In this document: positions 1 through 9,304 of the stretch, in pieces
Layout of the letters: each line of letters begins with the position of its first letter
Numbering within the stretch: the stretch's first letter is position 1
Assembly (NCBI GenBank): GCA_963827655.1
Contig: CAWHCF010000010.1
Span: forward strand, 1 to 64,000
Direction: 5' to 3'
Source of the DNA: an uncultured Acidobacteriota bacterium
Lineage (GTDB): Bacteria > Acidobacteriota > UBA6911
Length of the DNA stretch: 64,000 nt
Made by a program: the position numbers and the translations under genes
Notes under the pieces: model-generated
The model's input: the letters and a program-made list of their open reading frames with translations, nothing else
Database searches by the model: none
Told to the model about the DNA's origin: nothing

Positions 1-682
1 CCTCGCGGAATCGATAGCCAAAGCCGCGAATAGTCTCGATCCAATCGCCACACCTGCCCAACTTTCTTCGGAGGGCCATCACATGCACATCGATGGTCCG
101 GTCAAGGACGGCTACGTCGCGGCCCAGCGAGCCATCGATGATTTCGCTGCGCGAGAAAACCCGTCCCGGGCGGTCTGCCAGGAACTGCAGGAGCCGAAAT
201 TCAGTGGCGGTCAAGAAAATGACCTTGTCCTTGCAGAACACCTCGCGGCGCGATAGGTCGATAACCAGATCGCCGCGCCGGACAACGTCGGGCGGTTCCT
301 GGTGGAGAGAAGTTCGACGCAATACGGCTTTGACTCGAGCGCCCAGTTCACGCGGGCTGAACGGCTTGGTTACGTAATCATCGGCCCCGAGTTCAAGCCC
401 GACGACACGGTCCGATTCCGCAGACTTCGCCGTCAGCATGATCACCGGGATGCGAGCCGTGCGGTTGTTAGAGCGAAGCGTGCGGCAAACGTCGAGCCCG
501 TCGATCCCTGGCAGCATCACATCCACCAGAATCACATCGGGCTGAGACTGGGCGGCCATTTTCAGCCCGGACTCGCCATCAGGCGCGCCTATGACATCGA
601 AACCTTCTCTTTCGAGATTGTACCGGACCAGCTCGATGAGATCCTTCTCGTCATCGATGACGAGAATAGTTCCTTTAGCCAT
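1..682 (-). CDS. phoB: PhoB/OmpR-family response regulator (3' end runs off window)
   Basis: Not in the ORF track. Manual minus-strand translation from ATG at 682 gives MAKGTILVIDDEKDLIELVRYNLEREGF...DVMLPGIDG...IPVIMLTAK...GADDYVTKPFS...RTIDVHV...IETIRGFGYRF, i.e. receiver plus winged-helix domains; directly downstream of phoU. Confidence 0.9.
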   Translation of the reverse strand, partial: MAKGTILVIDDEKDLIELVRYNLEREGFDVIGAPDGESGLKMAAQSQPDVILVDVMLPGIDGLDVCRTLRSNNRTARIPVIMLTAKSAESDRVVGLELGADDYVTKPFSPRELGARVKAVLRRTSLHQEPPDVVRRGDLVIDLSRREVFCKDKVIFLTATEFRLLQFLADRPGRVFSRSEIIDGSLGRDVAVLDRTIDVHVMALRRKLGRCGDWIETIRGFGYRFRE

Positions 683-725
683 GCCGAATGGATACCTCCA
701 TTTTGTGCGCCCAGAGGCAACGAAG

Positions 726-1427
726 CTAGGTGGGCGTGTCCACGCTTTCAGAAGGAACGGCGCGCGTGTTCATCTCATGCCGGTGCCGCACCTCCCGTCC
801 TTCGACCAGGTATATCACCTCCTCGGCGATGTTGGTCGCATGGTCTCCGACGCGCTCGAGGTTGCGCGAGATCAGGATCAGTCCCAGGGCGCGCTGGATG
901 GTTCCGGGATCGGCCATCATGTGAGTCAGGAGGATACGGAAGATCTGGTCCCGGAAGGCATCGACCTTCTTCTCCTCCTCCAGGACATGGTTGGCCAGGC
1001 TGCAATCTTTCCTGACCAGGGATTCAAGGCTGTCGCGCACCATCCTTTCGGCGATATCCCCCATCATGGGCAGGTCGACGATGGGTTTCAGCGGCGGGGC
1101 TTCCAGAACATGGTGCGCGTTCTGGCAGATGTTGACCGCCTGGTCTCCGATGCGCTCCAGTTCCGAAGCGATGCGAGACGCCATGAAGAGGAATCGAACA
1201 TCGGTGCCCACCGGCTGCTGGAGCGCAGTCAACTTGACCGCCCGGTCGTCGACTTCGATTTGCAGCTCGTTTACTTGCATTTCCTTGCGGTGGACCTCGT
1301 CGCAGAGGGTCTCGTCTCTTTCGATCAATGTCCTCAAAGCCCCCTGGATCATCGACTCCGCCAGGCTACCCATCACCATCAGCTTCTCCAGCAGCTCTTG
1401 AATCTTCTCGTCGAAGTGACGCTGCAT
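726..1427 (-). CDS. phoU: Phosphate signalling complex protein PhoU
   Basis: Two repeats of the LERIGD/LERVGDHATNIAE motifs and ALQQPV; located in the pst operon. Confidence 0.95.
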   Translation of the reverse strand: MQRHFDEKIQELLEKLMVMGSLAESMIQGALRTLIERDETLCDEVHRKEMQVNELQIEVDDRAVKLTALQQPVGTDVRFLFMASRIASELERIGDQAVNICQNAHHVLEAPPLKPIVDLPMMGDIAERMVRDSLESLVRKDCSLANHVLEEEKKVDAFRDQIFRILLTHMMADPGTIQRALGLILISRNLERVGDHATNIAEEVIYLVEGREVRHRHEMNTRAVPSESVDTPT

Positions 1428-2182
1428 TATCCGAACCTCCCTGAAATGTACTGCTCGGTTCTTGGGTCGGAATGGCGCGTGAAAATCGTCTGGGTTTCCC
1501 CGACCTCGACCAGCTCGCCCAACAGCATGAAAGCTGTATCGTCGGAGATCCGGGCCGCCTGTTGCATATTGTGCGTGACGATTACGATTGTGTACCGCTC
1601 TTTCAGCTCGATCAGGAGTTGTTCGATTCTCGCGGTTGCGATCGGATCCAGGGCGGAAGCCGGCTCGTCCATGAGGAGCACCTCCGGCTCAACGGCGAGG
1701 AGCCGCGAGATACAGATGCGTTGCTGCTGCTCCGGCGAGAGCGACAGGGCTGAATCGTCCAGGCGCTCCCTCAGGGCATCCCAGAGACCCGTCTGCCGCA
1801 AGCTCTTCTCGACCCGGTCGGCCAGATCTCCCTTGATGGCCAGATTGTGGATTTTAGGGCCATACGCCACGTTTTCAAACACCGACAAGGGAAAAGGATT
1901 GGGCCGCTGGAACACCATCCCGACCCGCTTTCGAAGCTGGCGCAGATCGATGTCCCTGGCATAAATGGAATGGCCGTCGAGAAGCGCCTCACCTTCAATC
2001 CGAACTCCCGGAATCGTGTCGTTCATCCGGTTGAACACCCTCAACAGAGTCGATTTGCCGCATCCGGATGGGCCGATTATCGCCGTAATGGCGCGCGGGC
2101 GAATGGCGATACTGACCGCCTTGAGGCCGTGAAAGCGCTGATACCACAGATCGAGTGCCCGGGTCTCGAGCTTGGGCGTCAT
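1427..2182 (-). CDS. pstB: Phosphate ABC transporter ATPase PstB (degenerate signature motif)
   Basis: Walker [49 protein letters not shown]; signature reads LSPEQ. Confidence 0.93.
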   Translation of the reverse strand: MTPKLETRALDLWYQRFHGLKAVSIAIRPRAITAIIGPSGCGKSTLLRVFNRMNDTIPGVRIEGEALLDGHSIYARDIDLRQLRKRVGMVFQRPNPFPLSVFENVAYGPKIHNLAIKGDLADRVEKSLRQTGLWDALRERLDDSALSLSPEQQQRICISRLLAVEPEVLLMDEPASALDPIATARIEQLLIELKERYTIVIVTHNMQQAARISDDTAFMLLGELVEVGETQTIFTRHSDPRTEQYISGRFG

Positions 2183-2982
2183 CCGAATCGTCCTGAGATA
2201 TAGTCTGCCGTTTTCGGCTCGCGCGGCGTGGTGAAGAGCTTCTCGGTGAGATCGAGTTCAATCAGCTCGCCAAAGAGGAAAAAAGCCGTTCGATCCGACG
2301 CGCGCGCGGCCTGCTTGACATTGTTCGTGACCAGGATGACGCCAAGATCGGCCTTCAACTCCTGGAGTGCCTCCTCGATCTTCGCGGTCGAAACCGGATC
2401 GAGTCCGGAACTCGGCTCATCCAGCAAGAGCACCCCCGGTTCCAGCGCCAGCGTGCGTGCCAGGCACAGCCGCTGCTGCTGCCCGCCCGAGAGATTGCGG
2501 GCGGGCTCATCCATCCGATCCTTTACTTCGTCCCACAGATATGCCGACCGCAGGGCTTTTTCGACCCGTTCGGCGTATCGGTTTTGCGCGCCTTCTATCA
2601 GGCGCAGCCCGAAAGTCAGGTTCTGGAAGATGGTCATCGGCAGGGGCACGGGAACCGAGAAGACCATTCCTACCTTGCGGCGCAAAACAGCTACATCCAC
2701 TTCGCGGTCATAGACCGACACTCCGTCCAGGAGAACCTCGCCGGAGACTTGAATATCGGGATCAAGGTCATTCATTCGGTTAAGGCAACGGAGAAAGGTT
2801 GTCTTGCCTGCGCCTGCGGGACCGATTATCGAAAGGATCTCGCCGCGGCGGGCGTCCAGGGTGATCCCTTTCAAGATCTCGCTTCCGCCGGCGCGCACAC
2901 CCAAACCCTTGGTCCGAATCGGGACCGACCTCGCGTACCCCTCGTCGATGGGTGCCGCCAGGACTTCGCGATCAACGACCAT
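2179..2982 (-). CDS. pstB: Second phosphate ABC transporter ATPase PstB (degenerate Q- and H-loops)
   Basis: [30 protein letters not shown]; Q-loop reads VFS and H-loop reads VTNN. Confidence 0.9.
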   Translation of the reverse strand: MVVDREVLAAPIDEGYARSVPIRTKGLGVRAGGSEILKGITLDARRGEILSIIGPAGAGKTTFLRCLNRMNDLDPDIQVSGEVLLDGVSVYDREVDVAVLRRKVGMVFSVPVPLPMTIFQNLTFGLRLIEGAQNRYAERVEKALRSAYLWDEVKDRMDEPARNLSGGQQQRLCLARTLALEPGVLLLDEPSSGLDPVSTAKIEEALQELKADLGVILVTNNVKQAARASDRTAFFLFGELIELDLTEKLFTTPREPKTADYISGRFG

Positions 2983-3880
2983 AGCGGAGCCTCTTTCGAA
3001 TCCTGGCGCGAATCATGATTGCGGTGAAATTCAGCGAAAAAGTGAGCAGTAGCAGAACCAGCACCGTTGTGTAGAGGATCGGCTTGGTTGCTTCAACGTC
3101 GGGCGATTGGGTCGTCAGTACATAGACGTGATATCCCAGCTCCATGAACTGGCTGTTCAGCTGGGTTGGAAGCTCGGGGAGAAAGTACGCGGCGCCCGTA
3201 AACATCACGGGAGCGACCTCTCCCGAGCCCCGGCTCACCGCGAGAATCCCGCCGGTAAGGATGCCGCCCACCGCCTGAGGCAAGACCACGCGGCGAATCA
3301 TCTGCCAGCGAGTCGCGCCCAGCGAATAAGCGACTTCCCGATAACTCACCGGAATGGCTCGCAGAGCCTCTTCCGTGGCAACCACTACCGTGGGCATCGT
3401 CAGCAGCGCCATCGTCAAGGCGGCCCAGAGAATCGCGGGCTGGCCATACACCAGAGTGCCGCCGTAGAAGGCGCGGTCCACGCCACGCCCCACGAACTCG
3501 ACAAAGAACCCCAGGCCGAACAACCCGAATACAATGGCAGGAACGCCGGCCAGATTCTGGATGGCCAGCCGCACCAGGTGAACCATGCGTGAGCGCTTGG
3601 GCGCATACTCGTGGATGTAAATCGCGGTCGCGACACCCAGCGGGATGACAGCCAGGGTCATGAGAAGCACGAGGGCCACCGTGCCGAAAATGGCCGGGAA
3701 AATTCCACCCCCTGTCATGCCGGCTTCCGGCGCTTCAATGAGGAAGCTCAAGCTGAGCTTCTCCACCCCGTGGATCAGGATGTTGCCGATAATGATGACC
3801 ACCATCGCCACGATAATCAGGCAGGCGATTCCGGAGAGGGATTGGAGCAAGCCGCCCACGATTCTTGCGCGATCAAACAC
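2972..3880 (-). CDS. pstA: Phosphate ABC transporter permease PstA
   Basis: GGIFPAIFGT, LAGVPAIVFGLFG and an EAA-like loop; GTG start at 3880 with AGAGG SD (ORF track starts at 3904). Confidence 0.93.
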   Translation of the reverse strand: MFDRARIVGGLLQSLSGIACLIIVAMVVIIIGNILIHGVEKLSLSFLIEAPEAGMTGGGIFPAIFGTVALVLLMTLAVIPLGVATAIYIHEYAPKRSRMVHLVRLAIQNLAGVPAIVFGLFGLGFFVEFVGRGVDRAFYGGTLVYGQPAILWAALTMALLTMPTVVVATEEALRAIPVSYREVAYSLGATRWQMIRRVVLPQAVGGILTGGILAVSRGSGEVAPVMFTGAAYFLPELPTQLNSQFMELGYHVYVLTTQSPDVEATKPILYTTVLVLLLLTFSLNFTAIMIRARIRKRLRYGR

Positions 3881-3906
3881 GGCACCTCTAGCGCTACGGA
3901 ACAAAT

Positions 3907-3940
3907 ACCACTAAGGCGCGAAGACACAAAGAAACACTAA
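3907..3940 (+). repeat. ACACGAAG-family intergenic repeat (empty IS110 target-like)
   Basis: ACCACTAAGGCGCGAAGACACAAAGAAACACTAA. Confidence 0.8.
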
Positions 3941-3977
3941 AATCCCACTCAACTGGTGACGCAGGCACGCGACGAGG

Positions 3978-4976
3978 CTAAGACGCTCCTTGAAGCTTTT
4001 TCTGAAGACGACCTACCCACCAGTGTCCCGCCAGGTTTATCGAGAAAGTCAGAACGAAAAGAAAAGCGCCAATAAAAAAAAGAACGTGATAGTGAGCGCT
4101 GCCGACGACAACTTCGCCCAGTTCGGCGGCGATGGTCGCCGAGAAGGTCCGAATCGAATCGGTCGGCAATAGTGAAAGGACTGCGGCGTTGCCGGAAGCC
4201 ATCAGGACAATCATGGTCTCGCCGATGGCGCGGCCAAAACCTAGGACGCATGCCGCGAGCACTCCGGGCATTGCCGCCGGGAGCACCACGCGCCAGGCGG
4301 TTTGCCAGGAAGAAGCGCCCATTGCCAGCGAACCGTCCCGGTAGGTCTGCGGGACCGAGGTAAAGGCATCTTCTGACACGGTATAGACAATGGGAATCAC
4401 GGCCAGACTCAGGCCGATCCCGGCGGTCAGGGCGTTCAGCCGGTAAGTCCAGCCAAACGCGCTCTGAAGCCAGCCGGCCAGGACCATCAGGCAAAAGAAT
4501 CCCACCACAACACTCGGGATCCCGGCGAGAATCTCAATCGCCGGCTTGATGACCTCCCGGACTGCGGGGCGGGCAAATTCCGAAGTGTAAAGCGCCGCTC
4601 CTACCGCCAGCGGAATTGCGAGCACAACCGAGATGATCGTAACCTTCAAAGTTCCCACGAAGAGCGGAAGGAGCGCATACTTGGGCTTTTCAGAGACCGG
4701 CTGCCAGGAAAATACGGGAGGCGCTCCTTCATAAGACTGCGGGAAAAAGAGCGTTTGCAAGTTGACCTCCTGGCGAACTTCCTCGGAGGTCAGCACCGGA
4801 AGAGCCTCCTTCCCGATGAAGACAAAGATCAAGACTAATGAAATGATCGCCAGGAAAGCGCATCCGCGGATGATCAACGCTGAGAGTCGATCGCTCCATT
4901 TCCCGCTCCAGTGAGGGGCTGACGCGAAGCTGGCTCTGGGTTTTTCTGGAGAGGATAATAGCCCACCGCTTGGCAT
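3978..4976 (-). CDS. pstC: Phosphate ABC transporter permease PstC (start uncertain, overlaps pstS end)
   Basis: EILAGIPSVVVG and GRAIGETMIVLMASGN motifs; the ~100-nt overlap with pstS suggests an indel near 4900. Confidence 0.92.
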   Translation of the reverse strand: MPSGGLLSSPEKPRASFASAPHWSGKWSDRLSALIIRGCAFLAIISLVLIFVFIGKEALPVLTSEEVRQEVNLQTLFFPQSYEGAPPVFSWQPVSEKPKYALLPLFVGTLKVTIISVVLAIPLAVGAALYTSEFARPAVREVIKPAIEILAGIPSVVVGFFCLMVLAGWLQSAFGWTYRLNALTAGIGLSLAVIPIVYTVSEDAFTSVPQTYRDGSLAMGASSWQTAWRVVLPAAMPGVLAACVLGFGRAIGETMIVLMASGNAAVLSLLPTDSIRTFSATIAAELGEVVVGSAHYHVLFFIGAFLFVLTFSINLAGHWWVGRLQKKLQGAS

Positions 4977-5794
4977 ATCTTTTGTCCTTCCTCGCTGAGC
5001 ACCCAGTCGATGAATGCCTTGAGCTCACCCTCGGGCTCGCCCACCGTGTAGAAGAAGAGTTGACGCGACAACGGATAACGGCCGCTCCGCACGTTGTCAA
5101 GGGACGGCGGGACGGCTTCTCCGCTCCCATCGCTGCGGATCGGCAGCACCCGAATGCCCGATTCGTAGGCGATCCCTCCATATCCTACGGACCGCGTATC
5201 CTTACTCACGGCGTTGACGACCGCGGCGGTTCCGGGCAATGTCTGGACTTCGTTGGCGAAGTCCTCGTTACCCAGGACGTGCTCTTTGAAGAAGACGTAA
5301 GTGCCTGAGTTGTTTTCCCGGCTGTAGGGCACAATGGTCGCATCGTCCCAACCCAGTTCGCGCCAGTTCTTGGTTCGGCCTGTGTAGATCGATTTGAGCT
5401 GGCTCTGCGCGAGCGACTGGATCGGGGAAGATTGATGCACGTAGATGGCGACTCCGTCAAGAGCCACCGGAATTTCCTTCACATCCTTCCGGTGGCGGTT
5501 GCGGGCCTGTATTCTCTCTTTCTCTTTCATGGGTCGTGACGATTCGCAGACGTCGGTTCCACCATTGATTAGTGCGGCAATTCCTGTGCCCGATCCCCCG
5601 CCTGTAACCTGGATTCTGACCCCGGGGTTGCTGTGCATATACGTCTCGGCCCAGCGCTGTCCCAGAATCACCATGGTATCGGATCCCTTGATGGTGATCG
5701 GTTTCGATCTGCCGCCCGATCCGGAAACTCCGCCACAACCAATCGATCCCAGGATGCCGAGCGTGCTGACCGCTATCAGAAATCTGATCTTCAT
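4874..5794 (-). CDS. pstS: Phosphate ABC transporter substrate-binding lipoprotein PstS
   Basis: IKGSDT, GGGSGTGIAAL, SRENNSGT, YPLSRQLF; lipoprotein-like signal ending in IGC; SD AAGGGAG upstream. Confidence 0.93.
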   Translation of the reverse strand: MKIRFLIAVSTLGILGSIGCGGVSGSGGRSKPITIKGSDTMVILGQRWAETYMHSNPGVRIQVTGGGSGTGIAALINGGTDVCESSRPMKEKERIQARNRHRKDVKEIPVALDGVAIYVHQSSPIQSLAQSQLKSIYTGRTKNWRELGWDDATIVPYSRENNSGTYVFFKEHVLGNEDFANEVQTLPGTAAVVNAVSKDTRSVGYGGIAYESGIRVLPIRSDGSGEAVPPSLDNVRSGRYPLSRQLFFYTVGEPEGELKAFIDWVLSEEGQKICQAVGYYPLQKNPEPASRQPLTGAGNGAIDSQR

Positions 5795-5836
5795 CGTATC
5801 TCCCTTGGGCAAACTTCAAAGGTTTACCTGATCGTT

Positions 5837-5875
5837 GTGAGGGAACGGCTAGGTTTCGGTTAAGATTCCGTTAAG
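5837..5875 (-). promoter_or_regulatory. Putative Pho box array (four hexamers at 11-bp period)
   Basis: Minus strand reads CTTAAC-N5-CTTAAC-N5-CCTAGC-N5-CCTCAC (plus-strand starts 5870, 5859, 5848, 5837), about 45 bp upstream of pstS. Confidence 0.7.
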
Positions 5876-5922
5876 GTTCTTGGGAACTGTCTTCGCGCTA
5901 TAAACCCAAGTCTTCCACCGTT

Positions 5923-5957
5923 ACCACGAAGACTCAAGGACACCAAGAAACGCGAAG
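5923..5957 (+). repeat. ACACGAAG-family repeat
   Basis: ACCACGAAGACTCAAGGACACCAAGAAACGCGAAG. Confidence 0.75.
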
Positions 5958-5979
5958 CATCATGATGGGCTAGCCCGGC

Positions 5980-6741
5980 TCACTGACTCTTGAAGCGAAT
6001 GTTGATTCGTGTTTCCTGGCCTGGGCTGATCTGGACGCTGAGGGATTGAGTACCCAATTTCTCATGCCATGCCTTAAGCCGCCGGTCTCCTGCGGGAACG
6101 GAAGTCATGCGGAATTTTCCGGCGGCATCCGTCACGGCATGAAATCCATGATCGAGGACGAGTAAATAGCCGTTCATCCACGTGTGGCCGGCATCACATT
6201 TGAATGTCACCATGCCGGTCCGCTTCAGCGGGCGAGGGACTTCGACTCCTTTGAACGGCAGGCCCAGGTTGAAAAAAGTGGCGTTTTGCTCGAGATAGGC
6301 ATGGGTGTTGTGAAGAATATTATCGTCATTAGCTACGATAAGGGTGGCCCCCAGGCGGGCCGTCTGCACATGAGGCTGGAAACGGCAGTCGCGATTCGCC
6401 AGCCGGACCGACGGCGCTGGACCGGCAGTGCCGCGACCTCGGCTGCCTGGAGTATTTGCGGTGATGTCGTCCAAGTAGACGATCACGTTCTGCAGACCTC
6501 CCTCTTTGTCCACCAGAACACTCTCGTCCGGAATGTGCGCGCCACAAACCGGGGCGTCGGCCGCTTTCACGACTGCGGGAGGGCGCGGCGCAGGCGGCGA
6601 CCCGTCCAGTTTCACGTCGCCAACCAGAATGCCCTCGTCTTGAGAACTGCCAGAGTGAATCGAGCCGATACCGACAAGGGCGATCAGCCCCAGAAGCGTG
6701 ATGGTTTGACGTAGCGTCTTGACGTCCTGGTGGTGTGTCAT
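5980..6741 (-). CDS. Exported protein with cupredoxin-like and carboxypeptidase-regulatory-like domains
   Basis: Signal peptide; CRFQPHV, NDDNILHNTH, KCDAGHTWM and AWHEKLG motifs; ATGA overlap with the upstream gene. Confidence 0.7.
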   Translation of the reverse strand: MTHHQDVKTLRQTITLLGLIALVGIGSIHSGSSQDEGILVGDVKLDGSPPAPRPPAVVKAADAPVCGAHIPDESVLVDKEGGLQNVIVYLDDITANTPGSRGRGTAGPAPSVRLANRDCRFQPHVQTARLGATLIVANDDNILHNTHAYLEQNATFFNLGLPFKGVEVPRPLKRTGMVTFKCDAGHTWMNGYLLVLDHGFHAVTDAAGKFRMTSVPAGDRRLKAWHEKLGTQSLSVQISPGQETRINIRFKSQ

Positions 6742-7856
6742 CGGCCCAGATACTCCCAAAGCAAGTAAGCCGCGAATCCCGGGCGCAGATTGGAACCTCT
6801 AGAAACCGGCAGGAACGGCCCTATGGCAAATGCCCACCGCCCCATTCTGTCGATCGGCAGGCGGATTTGAGGAACCAGAGCAACCTCGCTGCGCCCTCCG
6901 CCTTTCAGTTCGCGACTCCCCACGACTTCGAGGGCGAGAAAAAGATCGCGCACGCCGCCGATCAGAAACAAAGGATAGCCGATTGCCACGCTGTATCCGA
7001 ACTCTCGTTCCGCCTTTCCAGTGTCCGTGGGCAGCTCCATCTTTAAACTCCCCTGTGCCACCCAACCCCTCATCTCCTTTCCCAGCGCCACGAAAGGCTC
7101 AAACTTCGTGGTTCCCGTCCCAAGTCCGTTCTCATCCGCCCCGGTGGGCAAGGACACCTCCAGACCAGAGCTGAGAATAAAACGGTGGGAGAGGCTGCTG
7201 ACGAGTACCTGCTTTATTCCGATTTCGATGTCTCCCACGCCGCTGTGCCTGGGACTGGCCGGATTAACCTGGGCGCTGGTAAAAGGGAGGGAAAACTCAA
7301 CTTCTGTCCTGGGGCCAATCCGCCGCTCCACGAGATTGGTCCAAACGAAACCGGTTCCTTCCTCTTTGCGTGGCTGCACACGCGGACCGATTACGAGCTC
7401 ATTTTCGGGATAGGCTTTTTCTGTAAAGAGCGGACGCTGAAAGTTGAGTTCTCCTCGGACCCAGCGCGGGTCCTGGCAGAACTCGCGCATATGAAGCAGA
7501 AGGCTGTCGATTTGCTCGCGCGTCAGGACATCGCCATACGCAGGCATTTGCGGTGAAAGCCCGAAGAGCACGCCCCCTTTTTCGATGATCAGACGCCATT
7601 GGTCATCGGGCTCTTCGGCCGACTCGGCGCAGCGAGCAAAGTTCGGCAATCGCGCATCCAACTGTATGTCGGTACGGTCCCCTTTCCGTCCGAGCCGTGA
7701 CAGCGGGCGCAGGCCTTTTCGTAAAGCTCTTTCCCCCGAAGGTTGGACGAATCGGAGGAAATCTGAGCAGCCGCGTGGCTCCGCGGGCCGGACGAGAGAA
7801 AGATGGTACAAGCACAAACGGGAGGCGAACAAGAAGAAGCCGGCTCGAGCCTGCAT
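6738..7856 (-). CDS. Cytochrome c fused to a predicted outer-membrane beta-barrel (frameshifted)
   Basis: An alternative frame reads GKELYEKACARCHGSDGKG (CxxCH at 7697-7711), continuing to GLSPQMPAYG; the C-terminal region has amphipathic beta strands (SGVGDIEIGIK, GLEVSLPTG). Confidence 0.65.
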   Translation of the reverse strand: MQARAGFFLFASRLCLYHLSLVRPAEPRGCSDFLRFVQPSGERALRKGLRPLSRLGRKGDRTDIQLDARLPNFARCAESAEEPDDQWRLIIEKGGVLFGLSPQMPAYGDVLTREQIDSLLLHMREFCQDPRWVRGELNFQRPLFTEKAYPENELVIGPRVQPRKEEGTGFVWTNLVERRIGPRTEVEFSLPFTSAQVNPASPRHSGVGDIEIGIKQVLVSSLSHRFILSSGLEVSLPTGADENGLGTGTTKFEPFVALGKEMRGWVAQGSLKMELPTDTGKAEREFGYSVAIGYPLFLIGGVRDLFLALEVVGSRELKGGGRSEVALVPQIRLPIDRMGRWAFAIGPFLPVSRGSNLRPGFAAYLLWEYLGR

Positions 7857-7894
7857 GGATCGTCTCAGTATAGCACGGGTCAGCCGCCGCCGTT

Positions 7895-7976
7895 CTTGGC
7901 CGTTTCTTCGTGTCTTCGCGTCCTGGTGGTATTTGTTTAGCAGCTCTAACCACGAAGACACCAAGAAACACTAAAG
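7895..7976. repeat. Inverted pair of ACACGAAG-family repeats
   Basis: GTTTCTTCGTGTCTTCGCGTCCTGGTGGT ... ACCACGAAGACACCAAGAAACACTAAAG. Confidence 0.82.
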
Positions 7977-8040
7977 GCACTTCCAGAATTTCGCTTGCTC
8001 GCGCGAGGCCACACGCGATAGAAACAGCTGCGGAGGAATT

Positions 8041-9303
8041 ATGAAGATATCGCGGAGAGAACTGCTGGCGGGACTGGGAGCGGCGCCCGCGATCTTGCGC
8101 GCCCAGGGACGTCCGGCGCGTCCCAAACTGGCCGCAATTTGCACGACCTACTTCAAGTACTCGCACGCCCAGCACATCGTGGACCGGTTCCTGGAGGGCT
8201 ACGGCTGGAACGGTATCCAGCATTATCCCGCCATGGACCTGATCTCGATCTTTATCGATCAAATCCGGGCCAACGATGTAAGCAAGAGTCGTCTGCAGAA
8301 GTTCCCGTCTCTGAAATTGTATCCGACGATCGCCGAAGCGTTGACGCTCGGCGGAAGCAAGCTCGCGGTGGACGGGGTGATCCTGATCGGCGAACATGGC
8401 CAGTATCCGCGGAACGAGAAGGGTCAGACTCAGTATCCTCGTTATCCCTTCTTCCAGGAAATCGTGAAAGTGTTCCGGTCCAGCGGCCGCTCGGTCCCGG
8501 TCTTCAACGACAAGCATCTGTCGTGGAACTGGGACTGGGCACGCGAGATGTACGATACCTCGCGGAGCATGGGATTCGCATTCATGGCCGGCTCGAGCCT
8601 GCCGGTGACCTGGCGTACCCCGTCGATCGAAATGCCGCTCGGGGCGCGGATTCGGGAAGCGATGTGCGTCTGCTACGGCGGCGTGGACAGCTACGACTTC
8701 CACGGTCTCGAAACCCTCCAGTGCATGGTGGAGCGCCGCAAGGGGGGCGAGACCGGGGTGAAATGGCTGCAGGCATATCGCGGCGACAAGTTCTGGCCGG
8801 CACTCGAGGAGGGCGCCTGGCCGAAAGACCTGATGGAGGCGGCCCTGTGCCGCAGCCATACGCTCCGGCCCTCGCGGGAGGGCTTCAACAATAACTTCCC
8901 CTCCCTGGACGACATGCGGAGGCTGGTCCGGAACCCGGTGGCTTACCGGTACGAGCACATGGACGGCCTGAAGTGCACCATGCTGCTCATGGGCGGCCTG
9001 ATCGAGGACTTCAATTTCGCCGCGCATCTCGAGGGACGGCGGGAGATACTCTCCACCCAGATGTATCTGCCGATGCCTCCCCGCCGGACCAGCCTGGCAA
9101 ACTTCTTCAGCCCGCTGGTGAATAACTTCGAGAAGATGTACCTCACCGGCAAAGCGACCTATCCGGTCGAGCGGACGCTCCTCACCACGGGACTGACGGC
9201 AGCCGGTGTCGAGAGTCTGCACCGGAATCAGGTCCGTTACGACACGCCGCACCTGGCCATCAGCTACCCGCCCCCGAGGGAATCGACTTTCTGGAGAACG
9301 TAG
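8041..9303 (+). CDS. Tat-exported conserved hypothetical protein (oxidoreductase-like)
   Basis: SRRELL twin-arginine motif; VDGVILIGEHG, FNDKHLS, AGSSLPVTWR; paralogue of the next gene. Confidence 0.75.
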   Translation: MKISRRELLAGLGAAPAILRAQGRPARPKLAAICTTYFKYSHAQHIVDRFLEGYGWNGIQHYPAMDLISIFIDQIRANDVSKSRLQKFPSLKLYPTIAEALTLGGSKLAVDGVILIGEHGQYPRNEKGQTQYPRYPFFQEIVKVFRSSGRSVPVFNDKHLSWNWDWAREMYDTSRSMGFAFMAGSSLPVTWRTPSIEMPLGARIREAMCVCYGGVDSYDFHGLETLQCMVERRKGGETGVKWLQAYRGDKFWPALEEGAWPKDLMEAALCRSHTLRPSREGFNNNFPSLDDMRRLVRNPVAYRYEHMDGLKCTMLLMGGLIEDFNFAAHLEGRREILSTQMYLPMPPRRTSLANFFSPLVNNFEKMYLTGKATYPVERTLLTTGLTAAGVESLHRNQVRYDTPHLAISYPPPRESTFWRT

Positions 9304-9304
9304 C

